Source of the DNA: Promethearchaeota archaeon
Lineage (GTDB): Archaea > Asgardarchaeota > Lokiarchaeia > Sigyniarchaeales > SOKP01
Length of the DNA: 55,556 nt
NCBI GenBank assembly: GCA_048938025.1
Contig: JBHLMP010000003.1
Span: 10,952 to 66,507 of the forward strand
Direction of reading: 5' to 3'
A program made the translations under genes and the position numbers. Of this stretch, positions 28,633-37,876 are shown one piece after another. The stretch's first letter is position 1. Each line of letters opens with the position of its first letter. The notes beneath the pieces are model-generated. The model did not search any database, was not told the origin of the DNA, and worked only from the letters and a program-made list of their open reading frames with translations.

Positions 28633-28929
28633 TTATTTCTTCAACCATTTTTTCTTTTTTAAACTTCTTAATCTATTTACGGGAATTCCAACAATATTAG
28701 ATCCGTTCACTTCCAAAATTCCATCTACTATTTTAAACCTAAATATATGATCTTTTTTAATATATTTTTTAATCACATTATTTTTTTGTGTTATTAACAT
28801 ATTTCTTGTTTCATCAATTACAACCTCAACATCAGAAAAATCTGCGTCATTTGGTTTTGATTTGGGTTTTATATTTACCGATAAACCAATTAAATCATGA
28901 TATATTAGATATTTTGGATTAATAGTCAT
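28633..28929 (-). CDS. rnp1: RNase P protein subunit Rpp29/Pop4
   Basis: HDLIGL, VIDETRNML, VNGSNIVGIP; position between rpl29 and rps17. Confidence 0.92.
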   Translation of the reverse strand: MTINPKYLIYHDLIGLSVNIKPKSKPNDADFSDVEVVIDETRNMLITQKNNVIKKYIKKDHIFRFKIVDGILEVNGSNIVGIPVNRLRSLKKKKWLKK

Positions 28930-29123
28930 TTTTCTTCATTTATTACTGTTAGTATTCTAGCTATTTGCTTTCTTAACATTTTTGCTTTTGCAGGGTTATC
29001 AGTAACTCCGCCACCAGTTTGGGAGGAGAATAACATCATTAATTGCTCTCTTAAATCATTTAATGCCCTTTCTCTTTCCCTTTCATCCATCTCTCGAACC
29101 TTCTTGGCAGTTATGATATCCAT
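28926..29123 (-). CDS. rpl29: 50S ribosomal protein L29
   Basis: VREM, NPAK...RKQIARILTV. Confidence 0.95.
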   Translation of the reverse strand: MDIITAKKVREMDERERERALNDLREQLMMLFSSQTGGGVTDNPAKAKMLRKQIARILTVINEEK

Positions 29124-29154
29124 ATCTTACCACATTTTTGTATTTTTATTTTAA

Positions 29155-29980
29155 TTATTTTTCTTTTTCAACCTTTTTATTTGGCTCTAATGAAATCTCA
29201 GAAATATCTTCTTCATCCACTTCATCGAGCAATGCTTTATCTTCCTCACTTAGAACTCCCTCTTCTTCCACCATTTCATAGTCTTTTTTCAATTTTTTCT
29301 CTACTCTTGTTTTGGTTAACTCTGCTGCTTTTTTTGCCTGAGCTTGTGCTAGGAGTTCCTCTTTAATTGTAATATCATCCCCCATTTTAGTATCGGCTCT
29401 CATTACTTTTACTATTACTCCTAAAACTCCTGATTTTTGAATACATTGAGCAACTCCTTTATCTACCCCTTCTTGAGCGGGTTGTCCCGATTTTGACATC
29501 GTTCCAGCACGAAATATTTGCGTACGTGCGCGTTGTGAAGTCACTTTACCGGATATAATTATTTCCACACCTTTCGCACCAGCATCCATTACTTTACGAA
29601 GGATGTAGTAACCTGCTCTTCGATAATGCCTTCCTCTATCGAGACTGTATGCAAGCCTTTCAGCCATAATTTGTGCATCTAAATCAGGCTGTTCTACTTC
29701 CTCTACTTCTATTTGTGGCATTTCTAATCCAAATTTATCTTGAAGAACATCTGTAATTTCTTGGATTCGTTTTCCTCCCTTACCAATTACTAATCCCGGT
29801 CTTGATGTCTTTAACGTAATACGAACTCCAAGGGGAGTTTTTTGGATGTCAACGCCTGCAAATCCAGCACGAACCAGTTCAGAACGTAAATATTCGTTTA
29901 TTTGCATTAATTTGATACCTTGCTCGATTTCACTTTAGGAAAGTCTTACTTTACCTAATGAAGTGTTTAGCAAGCGGCAT
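29155..29980 (-). CDS. rps3: 30S ribosomal protein S3, split gene: exon 1 29960-29980, exon 2 29155-29928 (264 aa spliced)
   Basis: KH motif RPGLVIGKGG and GAKGVEIIISGK; SD GGTGA before ATG 29980; spliced N-terminus MPLAKHF|IEQGIKLMQINEYL aligns without gaps to the uS3 N-terminal helix. Confidence 0.93.
29929..29959 (-). other. Candidate 31-nt bulge-helix-bulge (tRNA-type) intron in rps3 pre-mRNA
   Basis: Central helix CACU/AGUG, bulges UC^A and AA^A, inner hairpin UUAGG-U-AAAGU-AAG-ACUUU-CCUAA, outer helix CUUGCU/AGCAAG; in-frame TAA if unspliced. Confidence 0.85.
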
Positions 29981-30062
29981 CAATATTCACCAACCATCTT
30001 GTAATTTATCACCAGTTATATTTTTTTTATTCATATTTCAATTAAATTTTAAAAATTCATAC

Positions 30063-30542
30063 CTAACTTGGAAATTCATAGATTACGATTTCAACATGAC
30101 TTAAATTTTTAAATTTAGCAGTTGATCGACCCTGAGCTCGTGGCATATACCTTTTTATTATTCTTCCCCTATGTGTTGCCGCATGGATTATTCTGCATAA
30201 TTCTGTATCTAAACCTTTATATTCAGCATTTGATTCAACAGAGGCAAGAATCTCATAAATCCTAGATGCCGCTTTCTGAGGATATCTTCCAGCATACCAT
30301 TTAAATTGTTTCAGATCTTTTTTATGAGCAAGTTTTTTCTTGTGTCTTCTGAAAGGGACTGATTGTTTTAATTGAATTACATTTTCTAAAAAAGTCTTAG
30401 CTTGATCGATTTTCATCCCTTTTATTGTGGCACAGATTTCTCTGGCATGTTTAGGTTTGATTCTTAGATCTCTACCTGCTGCTTTTGCCAGTCTTTCGGC
30501 ATCATATTTCTGTTCTATGAAAGAATAACCCCAGTTAGGCAT
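30063..30542 (-). CDS. rpl22: 50S ribosomal protein L22
   Basis: KHAREIC, GRYPQKA, NAEYKGLD, PRAQGR. Confidence 0.97.
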   Translation of the reverse strand: MPNWGYSFIEQKYDAERLAKAAGRDLRIKPKHAREICATIKGMKIDQAKTFLENVIQLKQSVPFRRHKKKLAHKKDLKQFKWYAGRYPQKAASRIYEILASVESNAEYKGLDTELCRIIHAATHRGRIIKRYMPRAQGRSTAKFKNLSHVEIVIYEFPS

Positions 30543-30584
30543 TTAATCTCATCTTTCTTATTTAATGTTTGATTATAATAATTT

Positions 30585-31106
30585 TTATTTCAAAGGAACG
30601 AATTTACTTGAACGTGTGGCTCCTATTCCAGGACTTCCATGCTGAACTCGCCTTCTTGTTAATGAAAATTCTCCAAGATAATGTCCAATCATATCTGGTA
30701 GGACTTCTACGATTTCAAAATCTTTTCCATTATAGACACCAATCTTAAGTCCACACATTTCAGGAAAAACAATCATATCGCGTACATGTGTTCTTGTAAT
30801 TAAATCTTTACCTCTTTTCTTAGCACGATAAGCCCTTCTTAATCTCTCGAGTAATTTTTTTTGTCTAGGAGGTAGTCCTCTACGCAATGATCGTCGTGCT
30901 CTTGCTGGTAATAATTGAATAAATTGGTCCATGTTCATCTTCTTTAATTCATCTAGCGTATAACCTCGATATTGAAATTGCAATTTCCTTCTTTCTTCTT
31001 CCAAATCTAACTCTTCCTCTAACTCTTCCTCAATTTCTTCATCAGAGATATCTTCTTTTTCATTTTTTTCCAATTCTTCTTCATTAAATTGTTCATCCGG
31101 AGCCAT
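30585..31106 (-). CDS. rps19: 30S ribosomal protein S19 with acidic N-terminal extension
   Basis: [36 protein letters not shown]. Confidence 0.97.
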   Translation of the reverse strand: MAPDEQFNEEELEKNEKEDISDEEIEEELEEELDLEEERRKLQFQYRGYTLDELKKMNMDQFIQLLPARARRSLRRGLPPRQKKLLERLRRAYRAKKRGKDLITRTHVRDMIVFPEMCGLKIGVYNGKDFEIVEVLPDMIGHYLGEFSLTRRRVQHGSPGIGATRSSKFVPLK

Positions 31107-31350
31107 TTTTAAACCAATCTGCTTGTTCCATTTATTATATTATGTAATTTTTTTTATAATTTTATTCATTACGGTGAGGTTTTAAGTAATATATCAAATT
31201 TTAATTTTATTAAAAAGAGATATAAATCTAAGAAAAAACATAAAACTTAAAAGTCTTAGATACACATTTGAAAGATTTTTTGTTTATCTTCAAATCTTAA
31301 ATTTTATCGAATATTTCAATTGTTCTCTTTTAAAATAGGTAAAATGATTA

Positions 31351-32016
31351 TTAATAATTATTTGGGTTGAACACTCTTGAAATGTCTTCCTCATTGAAAA
31401 TTCCACTCCATTGCTCTTTTAAAAAGACGAATTTTTCTTTACTTGGATTAATAACTGTATGAAATGTGTTTATAGGAATTTTAAATTTAGTACCACTTTT
31501 TACCTGATAATAGACCGTATTTCCATTTATGATAATTGGATTACCATCCAATATTTCCCATAACTCATTTCTATACTTATGTATTTGAATTGAAAGCCCA
31601 TATTCGGGTCGAATAAAAATTAAATTATGATCTAGATACGTAAATTTAAAACTGTACCACTTAGGAAGTGTGTTAATATATCCTTTAGGGATTCTATATT
31701 TTCTTTTAAAAAATTCAGCTTCAAAATATATTTTTTCTGAATCCTCATACTTATAAGGATCATAAATAACTTGATGATAAGAATTATCCCTACTATATGT
31801 GATCTCAATAGGATATTCTTCTTTATTTATGATCATATAGTGATTTTCTGGTTTTATAATTAAAATAGAACTCAAATTATTTTCAGTAATAAAAGATGAC
31901 CCATTAATAATGTACACTTTTTTAGTGTTGTTATTTTTAAAGGAGATTCTTAATTCTTGAGAACTATTTTTTCTCAATGATGTACTTCTTCCAGGAAAAA
32001 TTATTCTTTTTATCAC
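31351..32016 (-). CDS. Cupin-domain protein (mannose-6-phosphate isomerase type II-like C-terminus)
   Basis: LSIQIHKYRNELW, IPINTFHTVIN, EEDISR. Confidence 0.7.
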   Translation of the reverse strand: MIKRIIFPGRSTSLRKNSSQELRISFKNNNTKKVYIINGSSFITENNLSSILIIKPENHYMIINKEEYPIEITYSRDNSYHQVIYDPYKYEDSEKIYFEAEFFKRKYRIPKGYINTLPKWYSFKFTYLDHNLIFIRPEYGLSIQIHKYRNELWEILDGNPIIINGNTVYYQVKSGTKFKIPINTFHTVINPSKEKFVFLKEQWSGIFNEEDISRVFNPNNY

Positions 32017-32029
32017 ATTTATTCTCTTT

Positions 32030-32998
32030 TTATTTAAGATTCATTTTCAATTCTTTTATACTATCTTCAATTTCATTTAAATAGGGCATTGATTCTTGAG
32101 CTCCTTTTCTAGTAACAGCAATAGATGCTGCTACTGTTGCATATTTAACTGCTTTAACAATTGTTTCACCTTTACTCAATTTACTTGCTAAAACTCCAAT
32201 GAAACAATCTCCAGCTCCCACTGTATCTACTGCCTTAACTTTAGGCGCTGGTATTTCAATAATATCCTCTTTTTCTTTATTATAAATTATAGAACCTTTA
32301 TTACCAAGTGTAGTAATGATAAAATTTAGACCTAAATCGCAAATCTTTTTTGAAGCTTGAAGAATTTTTTGTTTTCCTTTATCAGATAGAACTCCTAATT
32401 CTAAAAGTGAACAGAGCCGAAACAATTCTCCTTCATTAGGGATAATTATATCTATATTCTCAAAAATATTAAGAGGGATAGGTTTTAATGGTGCAGGATT
32501 TAAAATCTTTATTACATCTCCTTCTGAAGCAATATTAAATATTTCATTGATGGTTTCAATTGGAATTTCCATTTGAACCACTAAAGAATTAGCATTCTTA
32601 ATTATATCTGCTTTTGATTTAATTTCCCCTGGAGATAGTTTGAGATTTGCTCCTGGAGCTACACTTATCATATTTTCTCCATTAGAATCAATCAATATGA
32701 ACGCTACACCGCTATGCTCTTGTGAATCTCTAAAAACATGTTCTGTATTAATGCCCTCTTCAGTTAATCGCGAAATCATTTGTTCACCAAATGGATCAAA
32801 TCCAATTTTTCCTATGAAAATTGTACTTGCCCCGGATCTAACGGAAGCAACTGACTGATTAGCACCCTTACCACCTAAAAATTGCCTAAATGTCCCTCCG
32901 GTAACGGTTTCACCAGGATGTGGAAATCGTTTAGAATAAATGTTTAAATCCATATTACTAGATCCAATTATAAGTACATAACCATTTTTTTTGGACAT
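32030..32998 (-). CDS. rbsK: Ribokinase (PfkB family)
   Basis: GSSNMDL, GGKGANQ, NPAP, PNEGE, VDTVGAGDCF. Confidence 0.92.
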   Translation of the reverse strand: MSKKNGYVLIIGSSNMDLNIYSKRFPHPGETVTGGTFRQFLGGKGANQSVASVRSGASTIFIGKIGFDPFGEQMISRLTEEGINTEHVFRDSQEHSGVAFILIDSNGENMISVAPGANLKLSPGEIKSKADIIKNANSLVVQMEIPIETINEIFNIASEGDVIKILNPAPLKPIPLNIFENIDIIIPNEGELFRLCSLLELGVLSDKGKQKILQASKKICDLGLNFIITTLGNKGSIIYNKEKEDIIEIPAPKVKAVDTVGAGDCFIGVLASKLSKGETIVKAVKYATVAASIAVTRKGAQESMPYLNEIEDSIKELKMNLK

Positions 32999-33222
32999 AG
33001 CATTTATACTATATTCAGATTCTATTAAGATTTTTATTATTTCTATATAATCTAATTATGGATCCATCATATTATTTTAGTTATGATCAAATAGTTAGGA
33101 TCGAATGGTTTTAATTAAATAAATTTTTAAAATATAATAATAAGCAAATTAATCTGCTTAAAATAATAAAGTTTAAAGCAATTAAATAAAAAATACAAAA
33201 CCATTTCCTAAAGGTTATTAAT

Positions 33223-33561
33223 ATGGCTAAAGATAAAGTGATTGGAGCTATTGTGATGATTATCGGGATTCTAATCGCTATCGTCTACACAATGGGTTCT
33301 ATCTTAGATCTTTTATTTACAACAGTTTGGGCGCCTTCCAGTGGTGAGTGGGATGATTGGACTCACCTTTTTCCTGGTACTAGAAATGAACTTGATTGGC
33401 TTGATTGGAGACTATTCGTTGTCGCTCCAATGTGGCTCCTAATTATGCTAATCGCAATTATCGCAATCTGGATTGGATATTCAATGCTTACAACCCCGGC
33501 GCCGGTCCCATTGGAGGAATTGGAAGAGGAATTGGCAGCAGAAGAAGAGAGCGAAGAATAA
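33223..33561 (+). CDS. Two-TM small membrane protein, DPM2-like archaeal family
   Basis: DKVIGA.. TM1, TM2 ending WIGYSMLTTPAP, acidic tail. Confidence 0.6.
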   Translation: MAKDKVIGAIVMIIGILIAIVYTMGSILDLLFTTVWAPSSGEWDDWTHLFPGTRNELDWLDWRLFVVAPMWLLIMLIAIIAIWIGYSMLTTPAPVPLEELEEELAAEEESEE

Positions 33562-33938
33562 AACATAACAAAATTTTATTTTTTTTTATTTTTCAAATTT
33601 AAATCTTTAAGATTTAATATTGTTTATTATTTATTTGAGAACAACTAAAGGAAAAAGGATTTAGAATAGGCAATAATCTCTTTTTGTAGATTATTATTAA
33701 TATCACCAACATCAATTCCTAGAATTGATTCACTATACTTATATCTCCAGAGTTCTCGTACTTTCAAGATTGTTTTACATTTAAGTATTAAAATGGTTGT
33801 ATTAAGTTCAAAAAATAATAATTAATTGATAATTGTTCTAAATAACAACGAAATTTAAATTTTTTATATTATTATCAAATATAAAATTGTTATAAATCAA
33901 TTTAAAATTAGAAAAAATAAGAAAGGAGTTATAATTTT

Positions 33939-34136
33939 ATGTCATTTAGTATCGATATAGATCTCGATGCCTGTACTGGTTGTGGTACCTGTTACGAAGT
34001 ATGCCCAAGTGAATGCTTCGGTGAACCAGAGGGTGGCAAGGTAAATGTAATTGAAGAAAATAGAGAAGATTGCGTGGGATGTCGTGCATGCGAAACTCAA
34101 TGTCCTGAAGAAGCTATTACTATAACTGAAGATTAA
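33939..34136 (+). CDS. 2[4Fe-4S] ferredoxin
   Basis: CTGCGTCYEVCP and CVGCRACETQCP; SD AGGAG. Confidence 0.95.
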   Translation: MSFSIDIDLDACTGCGTCYEVCPSECFGEPEGGKVNVIEENREDCVGCRACETQCPEEAITITED

Positions 34137-34256
34137 AATTAGAATTCAATAAATTATTATTTTTTTTTATTCTTTTTCACTTGTTTCTATTATTTTTTAA
34201 AAAATAGATAATTAATTATAAATCAGCTAAGAGTATTTAAATTTCAAGACCTTTAC

Positions 34257-35375
34257 TTACCACAATAAAATTCGACTACAATTTTTACAAGTTCCTTCGT
34301 TTATCTGCATATTTATACAATTTTCATGATAAGGAATTCCACATGCTTTACACATATAAATTTTCCCCGTATAATCTATAAAATCATATCCACAATATAT
34401 ACATTTAGATGTAAAAGAAAAGCTTTTACCATTAACATCTGCTTCTATAATTTGAGAAGTTTCTGTTAGTCCTCCTCCAATAGTATTAGGCATTATATAA
34501 TTTTCTTGTTGGGGGACCGAAACCCATTGATCTTCTAAAGGTTGTTGAGGTTGAGATTTTATACTTTCCCAATCAGAAACATATCCAGAAGTAGGTTTCT
34601 TTGTTAGCCCCATTTTTTTAGATATTTTTTCATCTAGGATATTTGTTAAAATTAATGCGGAAGCATACTTTCCTTTAGCTCCTCCTTTTTGCAAATGTGT
34701 ATGGCTAATCATATGAATAATTTTTCCACCAGTTTTACCATAATCGAATTCAACTAACACAGGTGCTTCTCCCCATTTATTTTGAATCTCCCATGAGCCA
34801 ATTAATACCTTAACCGCTTGATGGTTTATAATTTGTATAGGAAAGGAGCGAGTTTCAAGCCACCATCTAAACTCTTTCTGCTTTGTATTTTTTGATGCTT
34901 GTTTCTCCCACTTACTCTGTTGAATTTCATTTATCACTCCTTCTAGAAAAGGATGATTTGGTTCAAGAATTTGACAAGCAACAACAGCATCAGCAGTTTT
35001 AGCGCCATTCCATCTGATATAACCTGGAAAAATATTTTCAATAATACTTCGAATGGCCCAATCAGTTGTAATTAACCATCCACCATTTACAACAAAATTT
35101 TTAACTTTGGGATGAGCAGAATAAGGAATATCACTTCCTGGACATCCTATAAGTAAGACATCATATTGAGATAAATCGACTTTCATAATTTCGTTTTCTT
35201 TTATCACTTCCTTTTGAGAGGCATACATATATTCAATCACTTTTTTAGGTTTCTCATATTTTCCATTTACAGCAAGAATTTTTCCGTGTTTTTCCACCGC
35301 TTCTACTACGTCTTTTTTATTCAATGCCTCCATTTTTCGTTTTTTTACTTCTGAATACAAATCTTTCCAGCTCAT
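34257..35375 (-). CDS. GATase-like fold protein with C-terminal C4HC3 PHD/RING-like finger
   Basis: LSQYDVLLIGCPG, FVVNGGWLITTDWA; CIYC..CKAC..HENC..CKNC. Confidence 0.65.
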   Translation of the reverse strand: MSWKDLYSEVKKRKMEALNKKDVVEAVEKHGKILAVNGKYEKPKKVIEYMYASQKEVIKENEIMKVDLSQYDVLLIGCPGSDIPYSAHPKVKNFVVNGGWLITTDWAIRSIIENIFPGYIRWNGAKTADAVVACQILEPNHPFLEGVINEIQQSKWEKQASKNTKQKEFRWWLETRSFPIQIINHQAVKVLIGSWEIQNKWGEAPVLVEFDYGKTGGKIIHMISHTHLQKGGAKGKYASALILTNILDEKISKKMGLTKKPTSGYVSDWESIKSQPQQPLEDQWVSVPQQENYIMPNTIGGGLTETSQIIEADVNGKSFSFTSKCIYCGYDFIDYTGKIYMCKACGIPYHENCINMQINEGTCKNCSRILLW

Positions 35376-35462
35376 TTTTCTTGCCTTTAAATAAAGTTAA
35401 AAGGAATCTAGTGTTATTTTATAATTAATATAAATAAGTTAATATATATTTTTGTATAGGAA

Positions 35463-36968
35463 GTGAATAAATTGTCAATACTAAAAGAGTTAGGTTCACC
35501 ATATGAATTTTGGGATTATTTTGAAGAAATTTCTAAAATTCCTCGGTGTTCGGGTAATGAAGATGGGGTAAGAGATTATATTAAAAATCAAGCAGAGAAA
35601 TTAGGTTTCAATACAAAGGTTGATAAAACAGGAAATCTAGTAGTTAGAATTCCATCAATATCTAATGAAAAACAACGAATTATTTTGCAATGTCATATGG
35701 ATATGGTTTGTGAAAAAAATGAAGCCATTTCCCATGATTTTACAAAAGATCCATTAAAGTTAAAAACAATAAATATTGAGGATGAAATATGGGTTACAGC
35801 TGAAGGAACCACTTTAGGTGCCGACAATGGTGTTGGAATTTCTTATTTATTAACTCTAATGAAAAAGATTCACAATAAAGAATTAGAGTTTGATTCGTTA
35901 AGTTTTGAATTGTTATTTACGGTTGATGAAGAAGTAGGTCTAAAGGGTGCTTTCGAGATGGAAACAGATTTAATAAAGGGAGATTATCTGGTAAATATCG
36001 ATTCAGAAGAAGATAATGCTTTTACGGTCGGATGTGCAGGAGGTATAGTTACTATCTTTGATATTAAGAAAGAGATATCTAATATAAATCAGAGTGAAGA
36101 TCGACTAATACCTATAAAAATTTTTATAACTGGCTTATTAGGAGGACATTCAGGGGCCGATATTCATTTAGGGCGAGCTAATGCTCTAAAAATAATGAGT
36201 CAACTTCTCTGGAAGTTAAATGATAAATTTTTAATTCATATCATTTCTGTAAATGGAGGAAATAGGAATAATGCTATACCTAGAGAAGCTAATGCTATTT
36301 TATTAGTAAAGAGGGAGAAATTTTCAGAGATAAATATTTTTATTGAGGATCTTATTAAAGATATAAAAATTGCTTTTAATGGTATTGAGCCAAAGATGGA
36401 AGTTATTATAAAAAAAATAGAACACTTTGCTGACAACAAGGTTTTATCAAATGACTTTCAGGAAAAACTCTTGAATATCTTATATTTACTCCCTTGCGGT
36501 CCTCATTTCATGCATCCAAAAATTAAAGACTTGGTATTTACTTCAACAAATTTTGCAATAATAAATACTAAAAATAATCGTATTAAAATCATATTTCATC
36601 AAAGAAGCATGAGTGAATACTTCAAATACGTAATTTGGGAAAGATTGAAGACCTTATTCAAACTATCTAATTTAGAAACTGAAATTATAATAGACAGTGA
36701 TTATCCGGGGTGGACACCTGATTTTGATTCCAAGCTATTGGCATTATCCAAGGATGCTTATAAAAAAGTATTTAAAAAAGATGTCCACATTAAAGCAATT
36801 CATGCTGGTTTAGAATGTGGCATTCTAAAGAAACATTTTCCTAAAATGGAAATGATTTCATTAGGACCTAACAATGAAGGAGCTCATTCTCCCAATGAGC
36901 GATTACAAGTAAAATCTGTTGAAAGGATCTGGAATCTTCTAGTTAATTTATTCGAGAAATTAGATTAA
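35463..36968 (+). CDS. pepD: Aminoacyl-histidine dipeptidase (M20C)
   Basis: HMDMVCEK, TTLGADNG, DEEVG, GGHSG, IHAGLECG, HSPNE. Confidence 0.95.
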   Translation: MNKLSILKELGSPYEFWDYFEEISKIPRCSGNEDGVRDYIKNQAEKLGFNTKVDKTGNLVVRIPSISNEKQRIILQCHMDMVCEKNEAISHDFTKDPLKLKTINIEDEIWVTAEGTTLGADNGVGISYLLTLMKKIHNKELEFDSLSFELLFTVDEEVGLKGAFEMETDLIKGDYLVNIDSEEDNAFTVGCAGGIVTIFDIKKEISNINQSEDRLIPIKIFITGLLGGHSGADIHLGRANALKIMSQLLWKLNDKFLIHIISVNGGNRNNAIPREANAILLVKREKFSEINIFIEDLIKDIKIAFNGIEPKMEVIIKKIEHFADNKVLSNDFQEKLLNILYLLPCGPHFMHPKIKDLVFTSTNFAIINTKNNRIKIIFHQRSMSEYFKYVIWERLKTLFKLSNLETEIIIDSDYPGWTPDFDSKLLALSKDAYKKVFKKDVHIKAIHAGLECGILKKHFPKMEMISLGPNNEGAHSPNERLQVKSVERIWNLLVNLFEKLD

Positions 36969-37040
36969 GATATTAAGACTTTTTTTATATCATTTGAAAA
37001 AATTAATAAATTTAAATAAATAATCTATCTATAGTTCATT

Positions 37041-37559
37041 ATGCAAAAGCAATCAGTCGCAAAAAAAAAAGAAGAAGTTATAGGCTCCGAAACAATATTA
37101 GAAAGAATAAAAAGAAAAACTCCTTGGATTCCAGGAAAATTGTTGAGAAAACCTAAAATCAATTTTCCTAAATTTAGAACTCCAAGAGTTTCTTTACCTA
37201 TGCCATCAAAATATTTGAGTATAGTGTTAGTATACATAATACTATTTATTCTTCAGACAGGAGTAATTTATTTAATGATCAGAAACACTCCAGCATTAGG
37301 GAGTGAACCAGGTACCGGTGATCCGATGTTTCTTTATCCAGATCTTTATGAAAGTTTTATAATAGAGGGTATAGTAGCTTCTATGTTGATATTTTTTTGC
37401 TCAATAGGATTTATCTTTTTATATCAAGCGTCCAAACACTTTTATAATAAAAGTTTAGCTCTACGAATGCTGGCAATTGGTATATTAATGATAATTATTA
37501 CATTTATCATACTCCAATACATGATAGGAGTGAAAATGGGTACGTTGGATGAACCATAA
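37041..37559 (+). CDS. Oligosaccharyltransferase subunit OSTC/DC2-like (OST3/6 family TM part)
   Basis: MPS..TGVIY.MI..TPALGS..FIIEGIVASMLIFFCSIGFIFL, collinear with the OSTC pattern; 3 TM helices. Confidence 0.75.
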   Translation: MQKQSVAKKKEEVIGSETILERIKRKTPWIPGKLLRKPKINFPKFRTPRVSLPMPSKYLSIVLVYIILFILQTGVIYLMIRNTPALGSEPGTGDPMFLYPDLYESFIIEGIVASMLIFFCSIGFIFLYQASKHFYNKSLALRMLAIGILMIIITFIILQYMIGVKMGTLDEP

Positions 37560-37876
37560 ACAAATTATTAAATTAGATATTAAACTCTTTTAAATTTAAC
37601 CATTAATTAATTTTTGTTAGTTGGATCTAAAATAGTATTGAATTTGAAGCACACAAAAAAATAAAAAAAGAAAATACTAATATTTATCCTTTATTCTCTT
37701 TTAAGAGGCTCTATACATTTTAGAAAAATTGGAATTTATAATAAAAAATATGTGCAATATATTCTCTAGACATTAATTTGAAAATATATAGGCTGATAGA
37801 TTTTTAATTCTAATAAAGGAGTATGATAAATTGCTTAGTTTTCATTAAAGGGATTATATTTCAATTTGAATTTATA

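Noticed and set aside
29155-29907. ORF-track start of S3 at MQINEY
   Set aside because: It truncates the conserved first helix and has no clear SD, whereas ATG 29980 has GGTGA.
29933-29954. Nested GT...AG segment in the rps3 insert (AG|GTAAAGT...TTTCCTAAAG|T, 22 nt) whose removal also restores frame
   Set aside because: It would add three residues (ISE) relative to uS3 homologs, it is very short, and no spliceosome is known in archaea. The BHB model gives the exact homolog length. Junction reads would separate the two models.
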